DNA from: an uncultured Actinomycetota bacterium
GTDB lineage: Bacteria > Actinomycetota > Thermoleophilia > RBG-16-64-13
NCBI GenBank assembly: GCA_963803925.1
Contig: CAWDOM010000003.1
Location: 21,216 to 85,215, forward strand
DNA length: 64,000 nucleotides
Reading direction: 5' to 3'
The notes beneath the pieces were generated by a model that was not told where the DNA came from, made no database searches, and worked only from the letters and a program-made list of their open reading frames with translations. Of this stretch, positions 38,112-47,643 are shown in pieces; the stretch's first letter is position 1, and every line of letters begins with the position of its first letter. The position numbers were made by a program, and so were the translations under genes.

Positions 38112-38714
38112 TTAGGTGGGCCTCCAGCCCAGGATCCCGGCCTCGGCGTCCTTGCGCTTCTCCAGTTGGATCAACGCGTCCTTGTACTTGCCATGACGCA
38201 GTCCGATGACCTCGGCGGCCACTTGCAGGAAGCGCCAGATATCGGTGTCGACCGTGTCGGCCGACGAATCGAGGTAGACGACACTGCCCTTCAGACCGGC
38301 TCCTTCTTGCTGCCTCACAGCGTGGAACACCGTCTTGCTCATGATCATGTCGACCTCGAGCTCCATGCCTTGCAGAGCCAGGGTCTTCACCAGCAGCCCG
38401 CCATCGTCGATTCGAATCGCGCCGGGGGGCGGGGGCTCAGGGGGCGCGGGCGTGGCCCTTGCTACCAGCCCGGGCGCCTCGTCGAATTCAGTCTCGAGGG
38501 TCATCTCAGCCGGGTCAAGCTCCGGCGCCGCGTCGAGATCCACGGGTGGGCGAGGACCCAGGTAGAGCATCACGGGCCCCACGCGCGCGGGGTACACGAA
38601 GGGACTCTCGATCTGCATCCGCTCCCCGGAGGCGAGCCGGCCCTTGAGGTACGGATCTCCCCACAGCAGTGCGAGGAACTGTTCTCTGTTGAGTCGAGTA
38701 ACGTCGTCGGCCAC
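38112..38714 (-). CDS. Hypothetical protein (DUF1828-like possible)
   Basis: IESPFVYP, IRIDDGG; Pro-rich insert; GC3-rich frame. Confidence 0.65.
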   Translation of the reverse strand: MADDVTRLNREQFLALLWGDPYLKGRLASGERMQIESPFVYPARVGPVMLYLGPRPPVDLDAAPELDPAEMTLETEFDEAPGLVARATPAPPEPPPPGAIRIDDGGLLVKTLALQGMELEVDMIMSKTVFHAVRQQEGAGLKGSVVYLDSSADTVDTDIWRFLQVAAEVIGLRHGKYKDALIQLEKRKDAEAGILGWRPT

Positions 38715-38723
38715 GCTGTAGTC

Positions 38724-39122
38724 CTAGCCGGCCGTCGGAGGGACGTCGCTACCCGGCGCCGCCGGCTCGCCGGCGGGCGCCGCTCCAGCCCCTTGGCCGG
38801 GTGGGTTCTCGCCGCCTGCCGCCTGGTCTCTGCCGGCCTTCGCCGCGGCGTCGGCCTCTTTCTTCGCCGCCGCGGCCGCTCTCGACTCCGTGAGTTGGTC
38901 TTCGAGATGAGCCATGTCGTCGAGGTACTTCTGGCGAACAGCCTGGTCGACCTCTCGTCCCCGGTAGAAATCGAAGACCAGATAGCCGAGCTTCTTGGCC
39001 AGCCCGTCCATCTGCATCTCGATCTGAAGCTCTCCGACCTTGGCTTTGCCCTTTTCGAAAGCCCTGTCCGCCTCCTGGGCGGCGCGCTCGATGCCGGCGG
39101 AGAACTTGTCCTTAAGTCCCAT
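38724..39122 (-). CDS. Hypothetical coiled-coil protein
   Basis: MGLKDKF...KAKVGELQ...KKLG..V; SD AAGG. Confidence 0.7.
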   Translation of the reverse strand: MGLKDKFSAGIERAAQEADRAFEKGKAKVGELQIEMQMDGLAKKLGYLVFDFYRGREVDQAVRQKYLDDMAHLEDQLTESRAAAAAKKEADAAAKAGRDQAAGGENPPGQGAGAAPAGEPAAPGSDVPPTAG

Positions 39123-39225
39123 GAGTGCACCTTCCCTTCGTCGGGTTCATACCTAATCTAACCTCTAGCCCGCACATAAGCAACGTGGACCCCGGTGCTA
39201 TGATTCGGATGGCCCCAGAAAGGAC

Positions 39226-40596
39226 GTGGCTTTGCCGAATCAGACGCACTTTCAGACCGAGGAGCACCGCGTGCGGAACGTGGTCCCGTTTCGGGCATGG
39301 CGTTACTCCCCGGCCGCCGGCGAGCTCTCGCGGCTGGTGGCGCCCCCGTACGATGTGATCGACGCCCGCTTGCAGTCGCTCCTCTACTCCAGGAGCCCGC
39401 ACAACGTTGTGAGGGTCGACTTGGGCATGACCACTCCCAGCGACGGTGAATGCGATAACCAGTACACGCGCGCGGCCGCCCAGTTGGCCGACTGGAAGAA
39501 GAACGGCATTCTCGTTCGCGACGCCCAGCCGTCGCTGACCTTCGTCGAGGAGACCTTCACCGGTCCGGACGGCAGGAAGCGGGAGCGGCGCGGACTTCTG
39601 GCGGCTCTCAGACTGCACCAACTCGACGGGGGTGTGGTCTTCGCCCACGAGCACACCTTGTCGGGCCCGAAGGAAGACCGCTACCAGCTGATGAAGTCGA
39701 CGGCCATGAGCCTGAGCCCCGTTTTTCTCTTGTATGACCTGCCGGGTGACCAGGTGACAGCGGCCTGGCTGGCCGCGACCGGAGGTCAGGAACCGTCGAC
39801 GAGCATCACCGACGACGACGGCAACACCGCGAAATTGTGGCCCACCTCCGATCGCGAGTTGCTCGATATCGTGGGGCAAAATCTGGCCGGTTGCCGTTTT
39901 ATCATCGCCGACGGCCATCACCGTTACGAGACAGCCCTTCGCTACCAGAACGACCACCGGGCGCCCGCTGCCGGCTACGCGCTTGCCTACCTCAGCAACA
40001 TGTCCGACGCCGGGCTGGCCATCTACGGCACCCACCGTCTGATCGCCGGCCTCGATCCGGCGCGGCTGGCGGCCCTGCCACAGTCGCTGTCGGGCACCTT
40101 CGTGGTCGATAGGCTGGACGCGGCGACCGGTGGCGACGGCACGGCCCGCGCCGCCGTGGCACAGGCGGCCATCGACCGCTTCTTGCGCGACCATCCGCGT
40201 TGGGCATTCGGCCTATGGGGCCCGGGCCTCGACGCGGCGTACGGCCTGCGCCTGGCCGATGCGGCGACCGCTCGGGCGGCGGCGCCCGGTCACAGCGCGG
40301 CCTACCAAGAACTCGATGTCTCGATTCTGCAGTATCTCGTTCTCGAGCGTGCGCTCGGTATCACGGCGGCCGACATCACCGCGGGAAGACACGTGACCTT
40401 CTTCAAAGATCCGAACGATGCTTTTTCCCGGCTGGAGAACGGCGAGTTCCAACTGGGCTTCTTCATGAACGCCACAGGTCTCGACCAGATCCGCGAGGTG
40501 GCCTTTGGCGGCGAGCGCATGCCCCAGAAGGCTACATTCTTCTATCCGAAGCTGCCGACGGGACTCGTGTTCCACGACCTCGCCGGAGAGTTGTGA
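39226..40596 (+). CDS. DUF1015 family protein
   Basis: PFRAWRY, APPYDVI, HEHT, IADGHHRYETA, MPQKATFFYPKLPTGLV; start may be GTG 39271. Confidence 0.92.
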   Translation: MALPNQTHFQTEEHRVRNVVPFRAWRYSPAAGELSRLVAPPYDVIDARLQSLLYSRSPHNVVRVDLGMTTPSDGECDNQYTRAAAQLADWKKNGILVRDAQPSLTFVEETFTGPDGRKRERRGLLAALRLHQLDGGVVFAHEHTLSGPKEDRYQLMKSTAMSLSPVFLLYDLPGDQVTAAWLAATGGQEPSTSITDDDGNTAKLWPTSDRELLDIVGQNLAGCRFIIADGHHRYETALRYQNDHRAPAAGYALAYLSNMSDAGLAIYGTHRLIAGLDPARLAALPQSLSGTFVVDRLDAATGGDGTARAAVAQAAIDRFLRDHPRWAFGLWGPGLDAAYGLRLADAATARAAAPGHSAAYQELDVSILQYLVLERALGITAADITAGRHVTFFKDPNDAFSRLENGEFQLGFFMNATGLDQIREVAFGGERMPQKATFFYPKLPTGLVFHDLAGEL

Positions 40597-40704
40597 CCTC
40601 ACCGCTAGGAGGCTGCTGGTGACCGTGAGGGCGTGAGGGCCTCCCTTCCCGCCTACTCGCGGGTCTCGCCTCGCCTCGGCCGCGCCGGCTAGTAGAATGG
40701 GACC

Positions 40705-41853
40705 ATGATCCCCGAACCACAGTTTGATTTCGACACGCCCGTCGACCGTCGTCTCAGCGCCAGCTTCAAGTGGGACCAGTACGAGGGGCGCGACATCATC
40801 CCGCTGTGGGTGGCCGACATGGACTTCCGGTCTGCGCCTGCCATTGCCGAGGCGCTTCGCGAGCGGGTCGACCACGGGGTATACGGCTACAGCCACGAGT
40901 CGGCCGCCCTCGGGAGTGCGCTGCGGGCTCACCTCCTCGAGGAGTACTCCTGGCGCGTGCCGGTCGAGTGGATCGTCTGGCTACCGGGTCTCGTGTCGGG
41001 GCTGAACGTGCTGTGCAGAGCCGTCGGCCGGCCCGGGGACGACGTCGCCACGTTCACTCCCATCTACCCGCCCTTCTTGACGGCGCCGGTGCTCGCCGGG
41101 CGACGCTTGGTAAAGGTGCCGCTCGCCGAAGAGGGTGGCCGCTGGGTCATGGATCTCGACGTGCTCGAGGACTCGCTCACGCCGCGAACGCGCCTCCTTC
41201 TCCTGTGCTCACCGCACAACCCCGTGGGGAGAGTGTGGTCGCGCGAAGAACTCGAGTCGCTCGCCGCCGTCGCTCGCCGCCACGATCTGGTCGTGGGATC
41301 GGACGACATCCACGCCGGGCTGGTGCTCGACGAGGACAAGCGGCACCTACCTCTCGCCACTCTGGATTCCGACCTCGCCACTCGCACCGTCACCCTCATG
41401 GCGCCCAGCAAGACCTTCAACACCCCGGGCCTCGGGTGCGGCTTCGCCGTCATCAGCGACGCGGTCCTTCGCGGGGCGTTCTGCGCAGCCATGGACGGCA
41501 TCGTGCCCCACGTCAACCTCTTCGGCTACGTGGCCGCCCAGGCCGCATACGAGAAGGGAGGAGCCTGGCGGCGTTCGCTACTCGACTACCTGCGCGGCAA
41601 CCGCGACCTGGTCGAGCGTGAGGTCTCGGCTATGCCGGGGCTGCGCGTCTCGCATGTGGAGGCGACCTACCTTGCCTGGATCGACGCCCGGGCTCTCGGC
41701 GCGGCCGACCCGGCGCTCCTCTTCGAGACGGCGGGGGTGGGACTCTCCGACGGGGCCGGCTTCGACGCTCCGGGTTTCGTGCGGCTCAATTTCGGCTGCA
41801 GCCGTTCACTACTCGTGGAAGCGCTGGCACGCATGCACGCGGCCTTGGTCTAG
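40705..41853 (+). CDS. MalY/PatB family PLP-dependent C-S lyase
   Basis: PLWVADMDF, GVYGY, LCSPHNPVG, SDDIH, APSKTFN, EATYLAWID, RLNFGC. Confidence 0.93.
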   Translation: MIPEPQFDFDTPVDRRLSASFKWDQYEGRDIIPLWVADMDFRSAPAIAEALRERVDHGVYGYSHESAALGSALRAHLLEEYSWRVPVEWIVWLPGLVSGLNVLCRAVGRPGDDVATFTPIYPPFLTAPVLAGRRLVKVPLAEEGGRWVMDLDVLEDSLTPRTRLLLLCSPHNPVGRVWSREELESLAAVARRHDLVVGSDDIHAGLVLDEDKRHLPLATLDSDLATRTVTLMAPSKTFNTPGLGCGFAVISDAVLRGAFCAAMDGIVPHVNLFGYVAAQAAYEKGGAWRRSLLDYLRGNRDLVEREVSAMPGLRVSHVEATYLAWIDARALGAADPALLFETAGVGLSDGAGFDAPGFVRLNFGCSRSLLVEALARMHAALV

Positions 41854-41933
41854 ACGCCGCGGCCGGCCGGTAACCGGCGCCGGCCACCCTACGATAGCCG
41901 AGGCGACGTCGCCGGTAGTAGCGCGCCGACTGC

Positions 41934-42710
41934 CTACGAGCCGGCGCCCACCTCGAACGGTGTGATGCTCCGCGCCCGCCCGTCGACACCGACATCAACC
42001 GCCGCGCCCTCGAGCCAGACGTCGCCGTCGGCCACTTCGAAGCGCACGGGCAGCCCGGTCAGCAGCCGCTCGAGCACAAGTTCCTTCTTGACGCCGATGA
42101 CCGAGTCGCGCGGACCGCACATACCCACATCGGTCATGTAGGCGGTGCCGCCGGGCAGCACGCGGGCGTCGCCCGTGCGCACGTGGGTGTGGGTGCCAAG
42201 GACGGCGCTCACCTTGCCGTCCAGGTGCCAGCCCATGGCCACCTTCTCACTGGTCGCCTCCGCGTGGAGGTCGACGAAGACGGCCCGCACACCGTGCAGT
42301 TGCTCGAGCGCTTGGTCGACCACCTCGAACGGCGATCTGGCCGGATACAGATACAGGTCGCCCGAAAGGTTGACCACACCCAAACGGCCACCCGGAGTGT
42401 CGACCACGGTCACGCCGCGGCCCGGGTTGGAGTCGAGAAAGTTGAACGGACGTACGATGCGGGGCTGCTCGTCCAGATAGCGGTAGACGTCGCGCTGCTT
42501 CCACACGTGGTTGCCAGTGGTGATGACATCCACCCCGGCGGCGAGCAGAGCCTCGGCGTGCGCGGGCTTGATGCCCTTGCCGTCGGTGGCGTTCTCGCCG
42601 TTGACTATTACGGCGTCGGCGGCGTAGCGCTTGCGCAATTCGGGGAGTTTCGCGATCAGTAGATCGCGGCCCGGCTTGCCGATGACGTCACCGAAGAAGA
42701 GTACGATCAA
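41934..42710 (-). CDS. ymdB: YmdB/TIGR00282 metallophosphoesterase
   Basis: FFGDVIG.PGR, NGEN, TTGNH, VDLHAEATSEK, GTHTHV, TDVGMCG; TTG start with SD GGAGG. Confidence 0.93.
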   Translation of the reverse strand: MIVLFFGDVIGKPGRDLLIAKLPELRKRYAADAVIVNGENATDGKGIKPAHAEALLAAGVDVITTGNHVWKQRDVYRYLDEQPRIVRPFNFLDSNPGRGVTVVDTPGGRLGVVNLSGDLYLYPARSPFEVVDQALEQLHGVRAVFVDLHAEATSEKVAMGWHLDGKVSAVLGTHTHVRTGDARVLPGGTAYMTDVGMCGPRDSVIGVKKELVLERLLTGLPVRFEVADGDVWLEGAAVDVGVDGRARSITPFEVGAGS

Positions 42711-42842
42711 GAATGCCTCCTGCCTGGTGGGAGGCGTCCGGCAACGTCTCCTGCAACACAATTCCAGACGGACAGTTTACCCTACGCGTCGCCGGGGCCC
42801 GCGTATCGGCGACGGGAGCCAAGACCCGGTATCATTCCGATC

Positions 42843-43662
42843 ATGCGCGAGCATCCGGGGAAGCCCGACTACGTCCATGGATACACCCAGAGAGAAGGCG
42901 AACGCCTGATCGATCAGGCGACTGCGCTCACGGAGTTCCTGCATTCCGGCACGGTCTTTCCCGCGGGTGGACGGGTGCTGGAGGCAGGTTGTGGCGTGGG
43001 CGCTCAGACGGTGACCCTGGCGCGCAACAGCCCGCGGGCGCGAATCACCTCGATCGACATCTCGGTCGATTCGCTCGCCGTCGCCAGACAGCGGGTCCAC
43101 GCCAGCGGCCTCACCAACGTGGCGTTCGAGCAGGCCGACATCTTCGCTCTGCCGTACGAGCCGGGCTCGTTCGATCACGTGTTCGTCTGCTTCGTGCTCG
43201 AGCATCTCAGCGATCCGGTGGGGGCGCTCGCGCGCTTTGCGCGGCGTGACCCGGCCGGGCGGCACTCTCACTGTCATCGAAGGCGATCATGGCTCCGTGT
43301 ACTTCCATCCGGAGGACAGCTCCGCTCGCGATACCATCCGCTGCCTAGTCGAGTTGCAGGCCCAAGCCGGCGGCGATTCTCTGATAGGAAGGCGCCTGTA
43401 CCCGCTGCTGGTCGAGGCCGGTCTGAGCGAGGTCAAGGTGGAACCCAAACAGGTGTACGTCGACGCCTCACGCCCCGAACTCGTCGAGGGCTTCACTCGC
43501 AACACCTTCTCGGCGATGGTGGAGGGTGTGCGCGACAGGGCTCTGGAAGCGGGGCTCATCGACTCCGACACCTGGGAGCGCGGCATCGCCGGGCTTCACC
43601 GCACGGCCGCGCCCGACGGCGTCTTCTGCTACACGTTCTTCAAGGCGACCGGCCGCACCTAG
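42843..43662 (+). CDS. Class I SAM-dependent methyltransferase (one frameshift at about 43240)
   Basis: YVHGY, VLEAGCGVG, FDHVFVCFVLEHL in one frame; RPGG.LTVIEGDHGS...FCYTFFKA in another. Confidence 0.88.
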
Positions 43663-43831
43663 GCAGAGGCCCGGCGGCGGGCGCGTGGCTTCAGCGCCGC
43701 GCCGTAGAACGCACGCTGCGCTGGCGGCGGCACGCCCGGCGCGCCAATCCCCATCTTTGGTCTGATAGCCGTCCGTTGGCGGCCCTCCTTAGCCTCGAAG
43801 CCTCTGGTTCAACGAGGCAAAGGAGGCAGTC

Positions 43832-45220
43832 ATGATCAGATCGCGACCACCGTCGGTCACTACAGGCCAGGCGCCGCCCGCCGCCCGCGGCGCGGCGGCA
43901 CGCCGCAGTCACAGGTCTTCGCGCAGGCGCCGGTGGCGCGGCAGGCTCGCCGGCCTGTTCGGGCTCACCGGCGCCCTCGCGCTGTGCGCTCTCGCGGCGT
44001 GCGCCCTCTTCATCCCGGTGACGGTGTTCGGAGCCCAACAGGGGTCACCCGACCCCGGCCCAGAAATCATCGTCGAGAGCACTGTCTCGCTACCCGTTCC
44101 GGAGCGGACCACGCCGCCGACCACCGTGGCCACGGCCGGCTCAGCCGACGAAACCGATTCCGCGCGGAGCGCGACTCCTCCGCCAACGGCCGTTTCGGCC
44201 CTCGCGAGCGCCGACGATCTCAACGTCTCTTCGGGCACCTTGCTCGTCATGCTCCCTTGGGGCAGCGAGCAGGGACGCGTGGGCCTCGCATTGCCCGACG
44301 AGGGCCTCGCGCGGGGTCCCGAGGCGCTCGCCGTCGCACCCGACGGCCGTTTGGCCGTACTCGACTCCGTCAACCGGCGAGTGCTCTTCCTCGACAGCAG
44401 CGGCGTCTTGACCGGCAGTGCCGCCCTAGATATGGCAGAACCCCGCTTCATAGCGGTGACCGGCACGCGAGTCTACGTGCTCGATTGTGATTGTGACGGC
44501 ATGCTGGTCGCACTGGATTGGACCGGCACGCCCCGCGGCTCGGTAGCCCTTCCGGTCTTGCCCAGCCCCGTGACCGCGCTGTTCGCCACCAGTACCGGCC
44601 CGTGCGTGGAGCTGTCCCACGACAGAGTCTACCGGCTCGGCGGCACGGCCTTGACGAGGTCCGCCACCGAGTTCGACGCCGGCAGCAGTTCCGTGATCGA
44701 TCCGGGCCTGGTTTCGCTGCCCAGTATCGCGGGACGCCCCGTCGACAGCGACTGCACTCGACAGGTTCGTGTGTCGTACGCACCGGGAGAATCCCCGCAG
44801 GCGGTCTGTTTCTCTGCGCTCACCGGCGCCACTTCGGTAAGCATCCTCGACGTTCTTCCGTCTGCCGGTATGAGCATCGACCACCTCTCGTCGGTCGATG
44901 GAGCGCCGGGCGACGGTCTCGTGGTGGGAGCGCGTCTCAATGACGTAGACCCGCCGGCCCAGAGCCTTTTCGCTCTGCGCTGCTTCAGGTTCGCCGCCGA
45001 CGGCACGCTCATGCCTGCTCCGATCGTCACCGGTCAACGAGACCGCCTGCTCCTGACCGACTGGTCCATGGCCTACGTCGGCCAGCCCTATGTGGTCTCG
45101 CCCGATGGACGGGTCTTTCAGCCGGTGGCCACGCCTGACGGCTACGCCATCTACGTGCACACCTTCGCAGACGGTGTGACCAACTTCGGCGCCGCGGGCG
45201 CCAACGCGGGGGAGATGTGA
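43832..45220 (+). CDS. Secreted/membrane-anchored hypothetical protein (beta-propeller-like)
   Basis: SD AAAGGAGG; Arg-rich N-terminus plus hydrophobic helix; LPWGS...G, GPEALAV..DG...VLDSVN.RV. Confidence 0.7.
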   Translation: MIRSRPPSVTTGQAPPAARGAAARRSHRSSRRRRWRGRLAGLFGLTGALALCALAACALFIPVTVFGAQQGSPDPGPEIIVESTVSLPVPERTTPPTTVATAGSADETDSARSATPPPTAVSALASADDLNVSSGTLLVMLPWGSEQGRVGLALPDEGLARGPEALAVAPDGRLAVLDSVNRRVLFLDSSGVLTGSAALDMAEPRFIAVTGTRVYVLDCDCDGMLVALDWTGTPRGSVALPVLPSPVTALFATSTGPCVELSHDRVYRLGGTALTRSATEFDAGSSSVIDPGLVSLPSIAGRPVDSDCTRQVRVSYAPGESPQAVCFSALTGATSVSILDVLPSAGMSIDHLSSVDGAPGDGLVVGARLNDVDPPAQSLFALRCFRFAADGTLMPAPIVTGQRDRLLLTDWSMAYVGQPYVVSPDGRVFQPVATPDGYAIYVHTFADGVTNFGAAGANAGEM

Positions 45221-45221
45221 A

Positions 45222-46208
45222 ATGAAACGTTCATTCGGCGTCCGGGCCCTCACGGGCGCGGGCGTATGCTGTGTTGCGCTTCTGGCCCTTGCCGTCTTTG
45301 GCCCGACGGCCCGAGCCGCGGCCGCTATCCCACCCATGACTCGCTCCGAGATCGTGTCGCGGGCCGAATCGGCTCTCGGCCTTCTCTACACGTGGGGCAA
45401 GGAGAGTTGGGTGCCGGACTCGAGGTCGGGCCAAGGCACCGATTGTTCCGGGCTGGTTCTCAAGTGCTGGGAAGTGCCGCGGACGATGCTGTACCAAGAA
45501 GAGGATTCGAGCGGAGCTGTCATCAATCCGCGTTACACCTCGTACGAGTTCTACAAGTGCCTGGGGCCCTGGACCGCTCTCAATTCGCGGTCGCTGTTGA
45601 AGGCCGGCGACATCCTTGCGTACAACAGCGGCAGCTCGGGACATGTGGTCATCTACGCCGGTGGCGACAACTGGAACTCGCCCATCATCTATGAGGCGCC
45701 GGGAACCGGTCAGACCATCCGGCGCGCGAGCCGCTACCTCTCAGGCAGCTTCCTGCCGCGGCGACGCGCCGGCCTGGTCGAGGGGAGCACCATCATCCTC
45801 GACAATCCCACGGCGAAGAGCGTGGGCGGCTCTGACCTGGGTGGCAACTGGACTCGGTCGACATCGGTGGCCGGCTTCTACGGCACCGACTTCCAGGTGA
45901 CCCCCGCGACCACGTCCGCTTCCTCGGCGAGGTGGACCCCGTACTTCGCCACGTCGGGCAGCTACGACGTCTACATGCGCTGGACCAGCGCAACCAACCG
46001 AGCCAGCGCCGCTCGGGTGACCGTCTGCACCCCCAGCGGTGCGCTATCGCGTACAGTCAACCAGCGAACCGGTGGTGGGTCGTGGAATCTCCTCGGGCGA
46101 TACTACTTCTCGGCCGGCTACAACTTCACGGCGGGTAGCGTGATCCTCTCCGCCACGGGCGCCAATGGCTACGTGGTAGCCGATGCTCTCAAGTTCGTTC
46201 CGCGGTGA
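45222..46208 (+). CDS. Secreted NlpC/P60-like cysteine hydrolase with golvesin-like C-terminal domain
   Basis: Signal peptide; YTWG, DCSG, GHV..Y, YEA; C-terminal ARWTP....G.YDVY.RW....NRA, VNQ...GG.W..LG, VVADA.KF. Confidence 0.82.
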   Translation: MKRSFGVRALTGAGVCCVALLALAVFGPTARAAAAIPPMTRSEIVSRAESALGLLYTWGKESWVPDSRSGQGTDCSGLVLKCWEVPRTMLYQEEDSSGAVINPRYTSYEFYKCLGPWTALNSRSLLKAGDILAYNSGSSGHVVIYAGGDNWNSPIIYEAPGTGQTIRRASRYLSGSFLPRRRAGLVEGSTIILDNPTAKSVGGSDLGGNWTRSTSVAGFYGTDFQVTPATTSASSARWTPYFATSGSYDVYMRWTSATNRASAARVTVCTPSGALSRTVNQRTGGGSWNLLGRYYFSAGYNFTAGSVILSATGANGYVVADALKFVPR

Positions 46209-46230
46209 TGATCTGACGCACGAGACTGCT

Positions 46231-46260
46231 GGCCGGGTCCGCTCCCGAGTGGGCCCGGCC
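46231..46260. terminator. Hairpin between convergent genes
   Basis: GGCCGGGTCCGCTC-CC-GAGTGGGCCCGGCC (includes G-U pairs). Confidence 0.5.
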
Positions 46261-46311
46261 CTCGTGCGCTGGGCGCCGAACGGTTCCCGCCGCTCCGGTG
46301 ATACGACGGCC

Positions 46312-47433
46312 TCAGAGGAGTGCCGCTAGGAGCAGGCAGACTTCTCCGCGGGTGGCCGGGGCCCAGAAGTCGAAGTTCGGGCCCATGTCTTGGAAGCCGT
46401 CGAGCCAGCCGGCATAGGCCGCCCTGGATGCCCACTGATAGTGCTCGTCGCTGAAGTTGCCGAAGCACGGCTTGTATCCGGCCGGTGGGGCGCCCAGTCC
46501 GGCGGCACGACCGACCATGGTGATCAGTTGTGCGCGGGTGATGTTCTCGTATGGACCGAAGATGTAGGGCGTCTTGCCTACCGTTATGCCCTGCGCCGCG
46601 CATGCGGCTACGTAGCCTCCCGGATAGAGCGGATCCGAGCCGCTCGGAGTACTCGATACATCCATGAACGAACAGGCCGAGATCGGGGAGGGGGTGCGAC
46701 CCAGAGCCAGGATGACCATCTTTGCGAACTGCTGGCGGGTCACCCTGTCGTAGGGGCCGAACGCACCGTTTCCGTAGCCGCTGACTATGTTGCGGCCGGC
46801 GAGCAACCCGATCTCGTCGGCGTACGGCGTATTGGAGCCCACGTCGCTGAAGCCCGAAGAGCTCGGTGTGCTCGTCGACGAAAGCGAATGCGCCGTCGGG
46901 TCGACGAACCCGCCGAAATCAGTCGTCCAGTAGTACTTGTAGATCGAATCGCTCGCGTACACCAGAGAGACCCCGATGACTTTGTACTTGGAATCAACCA
47001 GGTGCTCGTCGTGCGAGGGCGAGTTCTTCCAGGCGCTGAAGACTTCGGCTGCGGTGATCTGTCCGGCCGCGATGTTTTCGCCCTTGTACGTGTTGTAGTC
47101 GTAGCCTGAGACTGCCATGCGATCCCACGGAGTCGCGCCGGCCGCGAACCAGTCCGAGCGCTGAGTGTAGTGGCTGAAGAAGCCATACTTGGCCATGTCG
47201 AGACCGTGTCGATCACTGGCCTCCGATACGCGGTCGGAGACCTTGAGCGCGTTGAGGCCCAATCCGGTGCGGTACTCGTTGATAAGTCTTACGAGAGCGG
47301 TCTCCTCGGCGGTGTAGGTCACAGCCTGAGCCGGAGCGGCGAAGGCCGCGCCTACCAGAACCACCATCGCGACGACGATGGCCAAGGCGAAGGAGACTCG
47401 AGCGATCATTCTCGCCGGTCTATTCATCTTCAT
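46312..47433 (-). CDS. CAP (SCP) domain + SLH domain secreted protein
   Basis: Signal peptide; LINEYR...GL, H..DMA...FFSH, GENIAAG, WKNSPSH, YWTTDFG; SLH FSDV...IVSGYGNGAFGP...VTRQQFAKM. Confidence 0.9.
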   Translation of the reverse strand: MKMNRPARMIARVSFALAIVVAMVVLVGAAFAAPAQAVTYTAEETALVRLINEYRTGLGLNALKVSDRVSEASDRHGLDMAKYGFFSHYTQRSDWFAAGATPWDRMAVSGYDYNTYKGENIAAGQITAAEVFSAWKNSPSHDEHLVDSKYKVIGVSLVYASDSIYKYYWTTDFGGFVDPTAHSLSSTSTPSSSGFSDVGSNTPYADEIGLLAGRNIVSGYGNGAFGPYDRVTRQQFAKMVILALGRTPSPISACSFMDVSSTPSGSDPLYPGGYVAACAAQGITVGKTPYIFGPYENITRAQLITMVGRAAGLGAPPAGYKPCFGNFSDEHYQWASRAAYAGWLDGFQDMGPNFDFWAPATRGEVCLLLAALL

Positions 47434-47473
47434 AGGCCCTTTTCTACCGGACTTGCTACTACTCCTAGGCCTT

Positions 47474-47501
47474 GTATCGACAGTCGGACATGCTGACTTG
47501 A
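47474..47501 (-). promoter_or_regulatory. Putative sigma-28-type promoter
   Basis: Minus strand TCAAG-N15-GTCGATAC, 40 nt upstream of the CAP-SLH ATG. Confidence 0.55.
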
Positions 47502-47573
47502 GCAAATACGACAATGGTTTTGCGCGAGAGTGCAGTCCGGTCGTCGGCTGCTCGCTGCAGCACGGGAGTTGGC

Positions 47574-47605
47574 CCGTGGCGCCCGGCGGAAGCCGGGCGC
47601 CACGG
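47574..47605 (-). terminator. 14-bp perfect hairpin after the protease gene
   Basis: CCGTGGCGCCCGGC-GGAA-GCCGGGCGCCACGG. Confidence 0.65.
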
Positions 47606-47643
47606 TGATCGTGGAATCATGTGCCCTCGCGGCATAGAGGCCG